Shown here piece after piece: positions 52,152 to 63,325 of a stretch of 64,000 nt of DNA. The DNA lies in contig JADGFA010000010.1 in the NCBI GenBank assembly GCA_016744065.1, positions 21,146 to 85,145 of the forward strand. The letters run 5' to 3'. The translations under genes were made by a program, and so were the position numbers. This DNA comes from Gammaproteobacteria bacterium (lineage in GTDB: Bacteria > Pseudomonadota > Gammaproteobacteria > SZUA-229). The notes beneath the pieces are model-generated. The model searched no databases, had not been told where the DNA came from, and was given only the letters and a program-made list of their open reading frames with translations. The first letter of the stretch is position 1. Each line of letters opens with the position of its first letter.

Positions 52152-53405
52152 TTAAAAATAATATCTTAAACTTGTATATAAACTGAATGGGTAAGAGCCG
52201 AACTCAGAGCCTGAATTTATCTGCTGAGGTGACACCTGGGTTTCAAGCCCATCACCATAACTTAAATACATTCCAAAATCTGAATATAAATTCTCTGTCC
52301 AGCTAACTTCACCGACTACATTTACAAAAATAGACTGATCACCTAAATTAATAAAACCGCTGCTATTCAAGGTTATCAACGGCGTAACAATCCATGAAAC
52401 GGCGGTAATCAAACAATGCTTCCCCAGCAGAAAAACACCTGCTTTCTGATATGGAAACTGGCTAACCAACTGTAGGTATTCATCAGGTTTACCACTGCCC
52501 GCCCCATTATAATGGTATTCAACTGACGCTATAATATATTCATTAAGCGCATAATCTGAACCAATAGAGGTGCGCCAATAATTATTTTCTCCATAACTTC
52601 CTACATCCATATAGGCTGTTTCAAACCAGAACCCAGAATCACCTATTGCACGCTCCAGGCCTCCACCTAACAACCAGGCATCATCAAGATAAATCATTAT
52701 CAACTCAATATCATTACCATCAATTGAATTTTTACTTCGAATAAATGCCGCACTATTTTCTCTCTTTGCATTTTCACCAATGATAAACCCTGTATCTAAC
52801 ACTGAGAAATCACCTAAAGCGGCCTGATAACGCACAGCATCAATACCGACCCTGTATTCCTGGTTAAGCGTCTGGATATTAAAAGGTATGAATATATCGG
52901 TTGGATTAATAAACCGGGAAGAACCAAAAGAGATAACCTGACGACCAATGGTAAAATCGCCCTGTTCATTACTGTATTGATAATTCAGACGATCAAGATT
53001 TTGAAATACCCGTACGTGATTACCATATTGATCAAGCTCCGCATCTAAATCTTTATAACGATAAAGAGTAGAACCGGTTGATAAAGTTGACGCAATGCCA
53101 TTAGCACCTCCCACCAGGGATGTATTTGAATAATAGACTGGCTGCATTTCATAATGAACTTCTACATTACCAGTGTTTTCTGTAAACCCGCTGGCCATAA
53201 GCCGTATCGCATTCTGTGACTGATAACCACCATCAAACTCTTCTGATGTCATCATTGAGGCATTTTCAAATTCTATTTCATCCTGTAAAAGGGCATATGA
53301 TTTAATATAACCCGCATAAGTAAAATCAAGCGCCTGTATTGATGTCACATTTAATAACATAATCAAAAACAACCAGTAACTAAATTTATAAAACTGATCA
53401 TTCAT
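52152..53405 (-). CDS. Probable outer-membrane beta-barrel protein, last gene of the Lol-like operon
   Basis: Start placed at the MNDQFYKFSYWLFLIMLLNVTSIQA signal peptide. Alternating amphipathic pattern. C-terminal ...SLRYYF with terminal Phe. Family not identified (FadL-sized). Confidence 0.45.
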   Translation of the reverse strand: MNDQFYKFSYWLFLIMLLNVTSIQALDFTYAGYIKSYALLQDEIEFENASMMTSEEFDGGYQSQNAIRLMASGFTENTGNVEVHYEMQPVYYSNTSLVGGANGIASTLSTGSTLYRYKDLDAELDQYGNHVRVFQNLDRLNYQYSNEQGDFTIGRQVISFGSSRFINPTDIFIPFNIQTLNQEYRVGIDAVRYQAALGDFSVLDTGFIIGENAKRENSAAFIRSKNSIDGNDIELIMIYLDDAWLLGGGLERAIGDSGFWFETAYMDVGSYGENNYWRTSIGSDYALNEYIIASVEYHYNGAGSGKPDEYLQLVSQFPYQKAGVFLLGKHCLITAVSWIVTPLITLNSSGFINLGDQSIFVNVVGEVSWTENLYSDFGMYLSYGDGLETQVSPQQINSGSEFGSYPFSLYTSLRYYF

Positions 53406-53412
53406 AATTTTT

Positions 53413-54105
53413 TTAAGCACTGCGCCTTTCATCACCAACAATACAGCCGTCATGAAGCTTTATGATTCTGTTTGCTCTTTCCATCACCATTGGATCATGA
53501 GTTGAAAACACAAATGTCATGTTTTCTTTTTCATTAAGCTGTTTCATCATATCAAGCAGGGCTGCACCCGTATGGGAATCTAAATTCGCTGTAGGCTCAT
53601 CTGCTAGAATTAACCTCGGTTGTGATACCATGGCACGGGCAACTGCAACACGTTGCTGCTGCCCACCTGACAACTGCGCCGGCCGACGATTTTCCTTACC
53701 CTGCAAACCAACAGCCTGTAAAATTTCTTTAACGCGTTTACTGCGTTCCTGTGCAGGTACATTCTGTAATAACATAATATACTCAATATTTTCTTCCGCT
53801 GACAATACGGGTATCAGGTTATATGCCTGAAAAATAAAACCAATGTGATCACGACGAAAGTCTGACAGTTCAGTGCCACTCATCTGGCTAATTTTTTTAC
53901 TATCCAGAAAAATATCCCCTGAAGTCGGTTCATCTAAACCACCTACAAGCTGCAACAAAGTAGACTTACCTGAACCAGAAGGACCAATAATCGCCGTAAA
54001 CTCACCTTCTTCAATAATAAGATTTACATCGCTCAATGCCTTTACCAGCGTTTCTTCTTTACCAAATGAACGACATAGTTTTTTTGTTTCTATCACATGG
54101 CTCAT
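53413..54105 (-). CDS. ABC transporter ATP-binding protein, LolD/MacB family
   Basis: 230 aa. Walker A GPSGSGKST, signature LSGGQQQRVAVARA, Walker B ILADEPT, H-loop STHD. Confidence 0.85.
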   Translation of the reverse strand: MSHVIETKKLCRSFGKEETLVKALSDVNLIIEEGEFTAIIGPSGSGKSTLLQLVGGLDEPTSGDIFLDSKKISQMSGTELSDFRRDHIGFIFQAYNLIPVLSAEENIEYIMLLQNVPAQERSKRVKEILQAVGLQGKENRRPAQLSGGQQQRVAVARAMVSQPRLILADEPTANLDSHTGAALLDMMKQLNEKENMTFVFSTHDPMVMERANRIIKLHDGCIVGDERRSA

Positions 54106-54114
54106 AAGTATTCC

Positions 54115-55338
54115 CTATAAAACTTTTTTCATCGCTAACGATGGCTGTAAACGTGCAGCATGTAATGCGGGATAAACACACGATAAAACGGTTATCATTA
54201 ATATAAAACCAGATATTTTAATAAAGGCCAATATATCAATAACAAGATAAACAGGTTCACTCATGCTAACACCTGAAAACTCAGCACCTGAATAATCTAT
54301 ACCTGCTATTGACTTCCAGTAACTAAGCAAACCACCCAATAACAAACCGGCCATAACACTCAATAATGCAATATATAAACCTTCCAGTAAGATCAACCAG
54401 AACAACTGATGCGGCCGCGTGCCTATTGCAAGTAAAATACCAAACTCATGGTGCCTTTCATAAATAGACATAAACATTGAATTAATTAAACCCAGTGCGA
54501 CTAATAAGGACATAATAATTGAAACGATTAAAGTACTATACTGACTCATATCAAGGATATTACTTAGCTGGGGAATTAACTGTCGCCAGCTTAACGTTTC
54601 CAGCTCATTATTATTTAACTCATCCCATAATTTAATACTTTTATCACTTGCCTGATCGACACTATCCAGGCGCAGTACTATTTCATGCACACCCTGAATA
54701 TTTATTATTTCCTTCCCCTGCTGCAAATTAATCACAGCAATGCCCTTATTCATAAATCGATCATCGAAATGATAAATTCCTGAAACTCGAAATAGTGCCT
54801 GCGATAAATCTCCACCATGCGCCTGTGATAGCGTTATCACCAGACGATCGCCCAGATCAACTTCCAGCAAATCGGCAAGGTCATCACCTATAATAATTTC
54901 ACCTTTTTTATCACTCAGAAAAACACCTTTTAGCATTGCCTGCTTTAACTTGCTAACCTGCATTTCTCTTTTTGCTTCAACTCCATAAACAATCACTGAG
55001 GTAACATTTTCTGAGGACGATAACATGGCACCGGTTATTACTCTTGGGGCATAATTTTTTATCTGTTTAATATTTTCAAGCGTCTGATAAAGGTGCGCAT
55101 TATCTTTTAGGTAAATATCTATATCGTTTGCTTCTCTAAACCCCTGCTTATGTATCTGCGCATCACCTAAAAAAGTTTCTGTACTCGTTTTTATCATTGA
55201 AACTGACATACCACGAATAAACGCATCGGTAAATAAAAGCGCAGCCAAACCACTGGCTATTAGAAAAACGGTTAAACCTGTACGCCGCGTATTGCGAAAA
55301 ATATTACGCAATGCCAGACGATAGTTTAAATGTATCAT
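54115..55338 (-). CDS. FtsX-family ABC permease (LolC/LolE-like, 4 TM + periplasmic domain)
   Basis: 407 aa. N-terminal TM, ~230-aa periplasmic domain, three C-terminal TMs. LolC/E-like size and topology. Confidence 0.75.
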   Translation of the reverse strand: MIHLNYRLALRNIFRNTRRTGLTVFLIASGLAALLFTDAFIRGMSVSMIKTSTETFLGDAQIHKQGFREANDIDIYLKDNAHLYQTLENIKQIKNYAPRVITGAMLSSSENVTSVIVYGVEAKREMQVSKLKQAMLKGVFLSDKKGEIIIGDDLADLLEVDLGDRLVITLSQAHGGDLSQALFRVSGIYHFDDRFMNKGIAVINLQQGKEIINIQGVHEIVLRLDSVDQASDKSIKLWDELNNNELETLSWRQLIPQLSNILDMSQYSTLIVSIIMSLLVALGLINSMFMSIYERHHEFGILLAIGTRPHQLFWLILLEGLYIALLSVMAGLLLGGLLSYWKSIAGIDYSGAEFSGVSMSEPVYLVIDILAFIKISGFILMITVLSCVYPALHAARLQPSLAMKKVL

Positions 55339-56561
55339 ACGGCCTGTAATGCCTGTAATGGTGAGATACGTGCTGCTCGAATCCCTGGAATAAGGCTCAC
55401 TAATAAGGTACTACCAATAACAACTAATGCCGGAACACCGATGGTAAACCAGCTTATTTCTCCACGCATAGATTCAAACAACACACCCCCCATATCAACA
55501 GGTTGTGGCATAGCAATGCCCTCAACGGTTAACCAGTAATTAACCGGCAAAGAAACGAGCAAACCAGAAAAGCAACTAACCAGGGAGAGAAAAAGCGACT
55601 CAAGCATAATTAATTTAAAAATACCCACTGGCTGAGTACCTATTGCTCTTAAAACACCAAACTCTCGCGTCCGTTCCAGTGTTCCCATAAGCACTGTATT
55701 CAATACCCCTATTGAAACAATAAAAATAATGATACCCATAGAGACATAATTGCCTTTTTTATCGAGCTGCATACTTTTATAAAATACTTTTTCTACCTGT
55801 TGCCAGGAGCTGACCTTTAAATCATCCTGTTGCAATGTGCTTTGTAAGTTTTCACTGAACTTCTGAGCAAGTGAATGGTGGTGCAGGCTAATCACCAGCT
55901 CATGCACCTGACCTCCCATGCTAAGAAACTGACGCATTCCATTTAAACTTAAATAAACATTCATACGCTCATAAGACTCAGATGTACCAACAATGGCCAC
56001 AACCTCAAAGATATCATTAGCAATAGACCCATCAACTCCCTGAGAAATTAACACCAGCTCATCACCTACATTTAAATGCAAATTTTTAGCAAGCGCCTTA
56101 CCCATCATTGCAGGAAAATAACCATTAACGGTCATTCCATTCGATAAATACACGCCCTGATTTACTTTCTTTTTTAGATAAGTTGTTGCCGATTCTCGTT
56201 GAGGGTCAATACCTATCACATTAGCCGGAAACGTTTTGTTTTTACCGTATGCCAGAGAAGGCCCATAAATCCTGGCAGTTACACTAACAACCTGTGGATC
56301 TTCTTGGATCAACGCAATTAAAGCGGCTGAATTATTAATGCGTTTAAAAAGCGAGGGTCGGTCAAGATAATTGGACTTATGAATTTGCACATGCCCCGTA
56401 TGGTCACGCGTAAACAGATCGATCATATTGCTGTAGCTTCCCTCTGTCATTGACAGCATAAGAGACAGCAAAAAATAACCGCCCCCCATACTCAAAACAG
56501 TGAGTAAGCTACGCCGTCGATTACGTTGTATATTACGTAATGCTAACTTTAGAATCAGCAT
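55335..56561 (-). CDS. FtsX-family ABC permease (LolC/LolE-like)
   Basis: 408 aa, same topology as its neighbour. Overlaps the neighbouring permease by 4 bp. Confidence 0.75.
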   Translation of the reverse strand: MLILKLALRNIQRNRRRSLLTVLSMGGGYFLLSLMLSMTEGSYSNMIDLFTRDHTGHVQIHKSNYLDRPSLFKRINNSAALIALIQEDPQVVSVTARIYGPSLAYGKNKTFPANVIGIDPQRESATTYLKKKVNQGVYLSNGMTVNGYFPAMMGKALAKNLHLNVGDELVLISQGVDGSIANDIFEVVAIVGTSESYERMNVYLSLNGMRQFLSMGGQVHELVISLHHHSLAQKFSENLQSTLQQDDLKVSSWQQVEKVFYKSMQLDKKGNYVSMGIIIFIVSIGVLNTVLMGTLERTREFGVLRAIGTQPVGIFKLIMLESLFLSLVSCFSGLLVSLPVNYWLTVEGIAMPQPVDMGGVLFESMRGEISWFTIGVPALVVIGSTLLVSLIPGIRAARISPLQALQAV

Positions 56562-57310
56562 TACTGAACACGTTTTTGCAAATTACGAAGGGTAAAAACA
56601 TTGTTTTTTATTTTGCTATCAAACTCAAGTTCAATATATTCAATTTCAGTTTTATGGCCCTGTTTGTTAAATGGCACCATACTCATCTTTGCTGGCAGAT
56701 TTTTACCTGAAAAGTCACGAACATCACTAAAATGCATGCTACGTACTTTTTCACCTTTTTCATTGAAATAGCTCTGCTCAACGGGTAGCAAACTCGCTTT
56801 CTCAACAATAATTTCTATTCTCGCCCACACAGTTACCGTATCTTTTTTTGGAGTTAAAGTAAGCTGATAGTGGGTTTCTGTCTGTTTCTTCTCCACATGG
56901 TATTCTTTTACCAGTGATACCTCACGCACCAGGTCATCATTGGTAAAATCCGACCCCATCCATGACCCCATCATCATGGAGGGTGGCACTTTAATTACTT
57001 TATTTATTTTAGGGAAGTAATTCCACATTTCACGACCTTTTTTTAAGGTAGCGACTCCACGATCTTTTTTAGGTGATAGTATTCGAATAAATGTATCATC
57101 CATTCCAGCCGTCCAGCTTTGTAATTCAAGGGTACGGTTCCAGTCTGGCGTAACTATATGCATTTTTATGGTTGAGATGGAGCTATCAGAACGATATAAC
57201 TCATCCATTTTTTTTAACAGGTCAACTGCTTCGGTATCTGCATATGCAACCACATTAAATACAGATACCATTATCACTAGAATATAAGTAACAAAATAAT
57301 GTCTCATCAC
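56561..57310 (-). CDS. LolA-fold outer-membrane lipoprotein-sorting-like periplasmic protein
   Basis: 249 aa with signal peptide. Sequence resembles the 'outer membrane lipoprotein-sorting protein' (LolA-like) family that accompanies FtsX/ABC exporters. Stop is adjacent to the downstream permease start. Confidence 0.5.
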   Translation of the reverse strand: MMRHYFVTYILVIMVSVFNVVAYADTEAVDLLKKMDELYRSDSSISTIKMHIVTPDWNRTLELQSWTAGMDDTFIRILSPKKDRGVATLKKGREMWNYFPKINKVIKVPPSMMMGSWMGSDFTNDDLVREVSLVKEYHVEKKQTETHYQLTLTPKKDTVTVWARIEIIVEKASLLPVEQSYFNEKGEKVRSMHFSDVRDFSGKNLPAKMSMVPFNKQGHKTEIEYIELEFDSKIKNNVFTLRNLQKRVQ

Positions 57311-57428
57311 TACTCCTACTTATTATTAACACTCTCTACATAAAAACTTAAAACATATCCTTACCTGCTGAACACAAATACTCAGTCATCGCTCAGGTTT
57401 AAAAACCACAAATAGTAATTCAATTAAC

Positions 57429-58301
57429 TTACTCTAATTTTATAACATCATCATTTTCTGACATCAGGGCCCCACGCATATCATGAACCACCTTATGTAT
57501 ACTATGGCAACGAGCACAAACCGTTACGGCTATCTTACCCATTAATTTTTGACTGGCTTTAGTATGCCCCTGCTGAATATTCTTCTGTAATTTTTTTAAA
57601 TTACCTGTAGTTTCCTTACCCAGTATTCGCGCCTCAGGATACTTGTCATTTTTATGACAAAACTGACAGCTATCAGCCAAATTTTTCAATTGCAACTCAA
57701 GGTCATTACTTGCTATGAACGATTTCTTGTTATTTCCATCGGCTAATGCAATTAAAATTTGATTAACGACAACAGATAAATCCTGCATATTGTTTTCTAT
57801 TGTCTGCAATTCTCCATCCACATCTTTAATTCGTAAACTATCGTAATTCGGTGAACGATATATGGCTGTTACCTGCGGCTGATAATTTTCATGACAAACA
57901 TCACAGGTATCCTCTATTTTATTCAGTGTTATCGCCACCTTATAAAAATCCTTACTCTTCACAAAGTTTCGAATATCTGAAATCAGTTCAGGTTTAATCT
58001 CATCCTTCCACTCAGGTACCATTTCTGATATTTTATTATAATGCTTATCAAAATCTGTTAACCACTTCTCCATATGCAGACCATCTTCCTGTTCGGCATA
58101 TTCTCTCATCGCCTGCATTTCACGACGCAGTTTAAACATAGTATGCAGCCATACCTGGCGCTTATTATCTGGCTTGTACCACTTTGCCAGTGAAGCCGGT
58201 GGTTTCTTTAAATTAATTGATACGCCGGGTTCTGCATTTGCAACCGACAGGCTCATATTAAAAACTAAACTACTGAATAAAAATAAATTTAATATTTTCA
58301 T
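57429..58301 (-). CDS. Periplasmic triheme c-type cytochrome
   Basis: 290 aa. Signal peptide MKILNLFLFSSLVFNMSLSVANA. Three CxxCH motifs (CDVCH, CQFCH, CARCH). Confidence 0.7.
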   Translation of the reverse strand: MKILNLFLFSSLVFNMSLSVANAEPGVSINLKKPPASLAKWYKPDNKRQVWLHTMFKLRREMQAMREYAEQEDGLHMEKWLTDFDKHYNKISEMVPEWKDEIKPELISDIRNFVKSKDFYKVAITLNKIEDTCDVCHENYQPQVTAIYRSPNYDSLRIKDVDGELQTIENNMQDLSVVVNQILIALADGNNKKSFIASNDLELQLKNLADSCQFCHKNDKYPEARILGKETTGNLKKLQKNIQQGHTKASQKLMGKIAVTVCARCHSIHKVVHDMRGALMSENDDVIKLE

Positions 58302-58396
58302 TTATCTGAGAACTTTGCATAATGCATTTTTGTTAAAAAAATCAAAAGAGCGCAACATAATATGTATAAACAAACACTCTCTGTATAGACACTCTT

Positions 58397-61300
58397 TTAA
58401 TAAACAACTGAAACATTATCTTCACCCGCCAGTTTATCCAGACGGTTAATCAATTCATCACTGGGCTGTACCCGCCAGTCATCACTTAGTGATATTTTTG
58501 CTCTTACATCGTTACGCGTATAGTTAATCCACACAGGGCAACTACCTTCTCTGAAAGGATTCAGCACCTGGTTAAGCTGCTGCACTATACTATGATCACC
58601 ATTATTCTCTGTTAAATTGATTTCCAGGCGTTGAGCAAATTTCTGTCGAGCCTCGGTTATATCATAAATAATGTCAGCCGTTATTCTATAACCACCAAAA
58701 TAATCATCGTAAATCACCTTACCTTCAACGATTATTAGTTTATCTTTATTTAACAGGTAATTATATTGTTCGAATTTTTCTTCAAAAATACGCACTTCAA
58801 CCCGTGCGGTGCGATCATCAAGTACGGCTGATACAATCTTTCCACCGGTTTTTGTTTTACGTACCCGCATGCCAATCATTAAACCAGCCAGTTTGTAACT
58901 TTTTGCATTACGCTGAGACATATAGCCGCCACCCGCACCAGAAGCCAGGTCGCTTTGATCTGCTAATGCACCAAGGGAACAATCGGTAAATCTTCTTAAC
59001 TCTTTTTCATATCGCTCAATAGGGTGGCCTGTAAGGTACAAACCTAATATATCTTTTTCAAAGGTCAGACGTTTTTCATCCTCCCACTCAGCAACTGTGA
59101 CTTCATCAATAGGCGCGATGGTATCTTCTTCTGCTGCACTACCAAATAAATCATCCTGGCCGATACTGGCATTTTTCTGATATTGCTCTGCACCTTGCAT
59201 TGCACTCTGTAATCTTGCCATTAAACTGGCACGATTAGGCCCTAACTCATCCAGTGCTCCCGCTTTGATTAACGCTTCAAGCACCCTTTTATTAACTTTA
59301 CGACCCTCTACCCGGCGACATAAATCATATAAGTTTTTATAAGAACCATTATTGTTTCGCTCTTCAATAATACCTTCAAGCGCAGCTTCACCTACACCTT
59401 TGATTGCTCCCAATCCATATAGAACCTGCTTTTCATCTGGCACAGAAAACTTGATAACAGAATGATTAATATCGGGTGTCAGGACGTCCAGTTCCATTCG
59501 GTTGCAGTCTTCTATTAAGATAACCACTTTATCCGTATTATCCATATCAGCAGATAAAACGGCTGCCATAAACTCCGCAGGATAATGTGCTTTCAACCAG
59601 GCCGTCTGATATGACAGTAGTGCATAGGCCGCTGAATGTGACTTATTAAAACCATACCCAGCAAATTTCTCTACCAGATCAAAAATTTTCATGGATAGTT
59701 CTGATGAAATACCATTTTCCAGCGCACCCGCCTCAAACACCGCGCGCTGCTCAGCCATAACTTCAGCTTTTTTCTTACCCATGGCGCGACGTAACATATC
59801 CGCACCACCTAATGTATATCCTGACAGTACCTGAGCAATCTGCATAACCTGCTCCTGATACAGAATAATGCCGTAGGTAGGATCTAATATAGGTTTTAGC
59901 GATTCATGTTGGTACTGTGCATCTGGATAGGATATTTCCTCTCGGCCATGTTTACGATTAATAAAATTATCGACCATGCCTGACTGCAATGGCCCAGGAC
60001 GGAACAGGGCAACCAGTGCAATAATATCTTCAAAACAGTCTGGTTGCAGACGCTTGATAAGATCTTTCATACCACTGGATTCCAACTGGAATACGGCGGT
60101 GGTTTCAGATGCTTTTAATAGAGTAAAGGCTTTTTCATCAGACAGGGGTATCTGACTGATATCCAGATCCTGCTGGTCATTATGCCGTGCTTTTATATTG
60201 CGAACAGCCCAGTCAATAATCGTCAGTGTACGCAGTCCCAGAAAATCGAATTTAACCAGGCCAATGGCTTCAACATCATCTTTATCAAACTGGGTAACAA
60301 TACTATGACCACCCTGCTCACAGTAAAGGGGCGTAAAATCAGTTAATACAGAGGGTGAAATAACCACGCCCCCCGCGTGTTTACCCGCATTTCGAACGCA
60401 GCCTTCTAATGACAGGCACATTTTGATTAAGTCAGTAACATCGGCTTCATTTTTATAGGCATTGGCCAAATCATCAGATTCATCCAGTGCTTTAGTCAGG
60501 GTCATGCCTATTTCAAAGGGAACCATCTTGGCAATACGGTCAACAAAACCATAACCCAGACCCGATACACGACCGACATCTCTAATAACCGCTTTTGCAG
60601 CCATTGAACCATAGGTAATAATCTGTGATACCGCATCTCGCCCATAGGTTTCGGCAACATAGCCAATAACCCGATCGCGACCCTCCATACAGAAGTCGAC
60701 ATCGAAATCCGGTAAAGATACCCGCTCCGGATTAAGAAATCGCTCAAACAGTAATTCATACTCCAGCGGATCAAGGTCTGTTATTAACAACGCATAGGCA
60801 ACCAGAGAACCGGCACCTGAACCCCGCCCCGGACCAACAGGAATGTCATTATCTTTTGACCACTGAATAAAATCAGCGACAATCAGAAAGTAACCAGGAA
60901 ACCCCATGGAGTTAATAACACCCAACTCTATATCTAAACGCTCATAATAGGGTTTACGCTTTTCCTCCGCATTTTCTGAGTCCACTGGAACAAGCAGCTC
61001 CAGGCGTTTTTCCAGCCCTTCTTTAGACACCCGAATAAAATATGACTCAATTGTGTCACCTTCAGGTATAGGGAAATTAGGCAGAAAGCTTTCACCCAGA
61101 CGTACATCAAGACTACAGCGCTGTGCAATCTCTACCGTGTTCTGTAATGCTTCGGGAATATCTGCAAATAACTCGCACATTTCTTCCTCTGTGCGCAGGT
61201 ACTGCTGATCACTATATAATTTCTGCCGACGAGGATCATCCAGTGTTCTACCATCATGAATGCAGACCCGCACTTCATGACTATCAAATTCATTCTGCTT

Positions 61301-61912
61301 CAAAAAGCGCACATCATTGGTGGCGACGACCGGAGTATTTGTGGCCATTGCCAAACTCACCGCAGCATGCAGATATTCTTCTTCATCTTCTCGACCTGTA
61401 CGTTGTAACTCAAGATAAAACCGGTCTGGAAAAATATGCTGCCAGGCTTTCAACAATTCTTCAGCCTGCATCTGATTTCCAGATAACAACGCCTTACCAA
61501 CATCACCTTCCCTACCACCGGAAAGTGCAATAATTCCAGCACTGGATTCTCGAAGCCAGTCGACCTCAATCATTGGAATTCCGCCATGCTGGCCCTCAAG
61601 ATAAGCACGTGAAATAAGCTGGGTTACATTTAGATAACCTTCATTGTTCTGGCATAGCAAAACCATACGCGATGGCTTCTCAGTTTCCACTGCCGGACGC
61701 AACCAGACATCTACTCCAATGATGGGTTTTATACCGGCAGACATAGCTGCACGATAAAACTTCACCATAGCAAAAAGATTAGACTGGTCAGTCAGCGCAA
61801 CAGCGGGAACATTGCTATCAGCCAGGGTTTTCATTAACGGTTTGATGCGAACAACACCATCCACCAGTGAATACTCAGTGTGAAGACGTAAGTGTATAAA
61901 ACGGGGATTCAT
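58397..61912 (-). CDS. dnaE: DNA polymerase III alpha subunit
   Basis: 1171 aa. PHP domain N-terminus [19 protein letters not shown], polymerase core, OB-fold C-terminus. Co-linear with DnaE. Confidence 0.95.
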   Translation of the reverse strand: MNPRFIHLRLHTEYSLVDGVVRIKPLMKTLADSNVPAVALTDQSNLFAMVKFYRAAMSAGIKPIIGVDVWLRPAVETEKPSRMVLLCQNNEGYLNVTQLISRAYLEGQHGGIPMIEVDWLRESSAGIIALSGGREGDVGKALLSGNQMQAEELLKAWQHIFPDRFYLELQRTGREDEEEYLHAAVSLAMATNTPVVATNDVRFLKQNEFDSHEVRVCIHDGRTLDDPRRQKLYSDQQYLRTEEEMCELFADIPEALQNTVEIAQRCSLDVRLGESFLPNFPIPEGDTIESYFIRVSKEGLEKRLELLVPVDSENAEEKRKPYYERLDIELGVINSMGFPGYFLIVADFIQWSKDNDIPVGPGRGSGAGSLVAYALLITDLDPLEYELLFERFLNPERVSLPDFDVDFCMEGRDRVIGYVAETYGRDAVSQIITYGSMAAKAVIRDVGRVSGLGYGFVDRIAKMVPFEIGMTLTKALDESDDLANAYKNEADVTDLIKMCLSLEGCVRNAGKHAGGVVISPSVLTDFTPLYCEQGGHSIVTQFDKDDVEAIGLVKFDFLGLRTLTIIDWAVRNIKARHNDQQDLDISQIPLSDEKAFTLLKASETTAVFQLESSGMKDLIKRLQPDCFEDIIALVALFRPGPLQSGMVDNFINRKHGREEISYPDAQYQHESLKPILDPTYGIILYQEQVMQIAQVLSGYTLGGADMLRRAMGKKKAEVMAEQRAVFEAGALENGISSELSMKIFDLVEKFAGYGFNKSHSAAYALLSYQTAWLKAHYPAEFMAAVLSADMDNTDKVVILIEDCNRMELDVLTPDINHSVIKFSVPDEKQVLYGLGAIKGVGEAALEGIIEERNNNGSYKNLYDLCRRVEGRKVNKRVLEALIKAGALDELGPNRASLMARLQSAMQGAEQYQKNASIGQDDLFGSAAEEDTIAPIDEVTVAEWEDEKRLTFEKDILGLYLTGHPIERYEKELRRFTDCSLGALADQSDLASGAGGGYMSQRNAKSYKLAGLMIGMRVRKTKTGGKIVSAVLDDRTARVEVRIFEEKFEQYNYLLNKDKLIIVEGKVIYDDYFGGYRITADIIYDITEARQKFAQRLEINLTENNGDHSIVQQLNQVLNPFREGSCPVWINYTRNDVRAKISLSDDWRVQPSDELINRLDKLAGEDNVSVVY

Positions 61913-62574
61913 TTAATATATAATCTACTTTAATTAAGATCTGTAACTTATTGTTTTAATTGTAATATGGTATATTTTTTAACACTGTATTTATTCAAAC
62001 CATTATGAAACAGAAAGCGATATCTAACAATCACTAATCACCATTTACCACTATTATTTGTTTTTAGGGGCTTAGAAACGGAGGATTTTCCCACTTTGTC
62101 GCTAAAACACCTGAAAAACAGGCCTAAATTAACCACTTTGTAGATTGTTGGGCTTAGAGACTGATCTGATGCGGCTTTACAAAATACGCTCATCATACGG
62201 CCAGATTAACAAAACACTGTAAGTCATTGATAAACAATACTTTAACTACTATCTTAAGGAAAACAAAGTTGTAATTATGGAGCATAGCCACCGGGGACAG
62301 AGCGTCGTTTTTTGACACTCTGCCCCCTTATTGAAACCACCAGGAATTGAGCGGAGTCGTTCATCGCTCTGCCAACCTGATCGGAATCACTACAGGGGAC
62401 AGGGCTCAAAAAGCGAGATCTTTCCCCGAGGGAGAAGTGGTTAAACAGGTAAAAATGAGTTCCTGCCAGGGCCTGTCAGCGTCCGAACAGGGCTCTGAAA
62501 GACGCTTAAATCAGACAAAGAAAGCAGCTTTTATTTAGTTTTTTTACTTAAGATACAACCGACAAATCCGAATA

Positions 62575-63189
62575 CTAGCCCTCCAACAACCGCCTCACCG
62601 GCCCAAAAGTTTTACGATGTTCAGGACAGGGCCCATGCTCTTCAAGCAATGCCATATGCACTTTTGTCGGGTAACCTTTATGTCGGTCAAACTCATATTG
62701 AGGGTACTCATTATGCAGCTTCTGCATCTGCTGATCACGCTCTACTTTAGCTAAAATTGATGCCGCTGCTATTGCTTTTACCCGAGCATCACCTTTCACA
62801 ATTGCCTCAGCTTCACAACTCAAATCGGGCAGTTTATTACCATCAATCAGAGCAAAATCAGGGGGCATCGACAGGCTTTCAACTGCATTTTTCATTGCCA
62901 GTAAACTGGCCTGAAGGATATTAATTTCATCAATAATATCGGGTTCAACTGAGGCTACTGACCAGGATCTTGCATACTGTTTAATTTCTAATGCCAACTG
63001 TTCTCGTTTTTTAGCTGTGAGTTTTTTAGAATCATTTAGACCCGCTATTGGGTGCTCTTCATCCAGAATCACGGCTGCTGCCACCACCGATCCTACTAAT
63101 GGCCCCCTGCCCGCTTCATCTACTCCTGCAACTAAACTATAATTTTTAAGGTCGATGTCAATGTCGTCAATCATGATTTTCCGGTACAA
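62575..63189 (-). CDS. rnhB: Ribonuclease HII
   Basis: [24 protein letters not shown] and [10 protein letters not shown] match the RNase HII active-site region. Upstream of dnaE, as in many gammaproteobacteria. Confidence 0.9.
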   Translation of the reverse strand: MYRKIMIDDIDIDLKNYSLVAGVDEAGRGPLVGSVVAAAVILDEEHPIAGLNDSKKLTAKKREQLALEIKQYARSWSVASVEPDIIDEINILQASLLAMKNAVESLSMPPDFALIDGNKLPDLSCEAEAIVKGDARVKAIAAASILAKVERDQQMQKLHNEYPQYEFDRHKGYPTKVHMALLEEHGPCPEHRKTFGPVRRLLEG

Positions 63190-63325
63190 TCTCTGTGTTT
63201 TTCGAACAATGAATAATACAGAGATACTGACCTATTGGGCAGGTCAAACCCGCCTTATTTCCCGTCATTTATCCTGATTAACTTAATACTGACTGAATAC
63301 CTTATGGAACACTGCTAACCAAACA

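Noticed and set aside
62347-62538. 63-aa plus-strand ORF in the dnaE-rnhB spacer
   Set aside because: No RBS, and a Gly/Arg/Ser-rich composition typical of translated GC-rich noncoding DNA. More likely part of a structured noncoding region.
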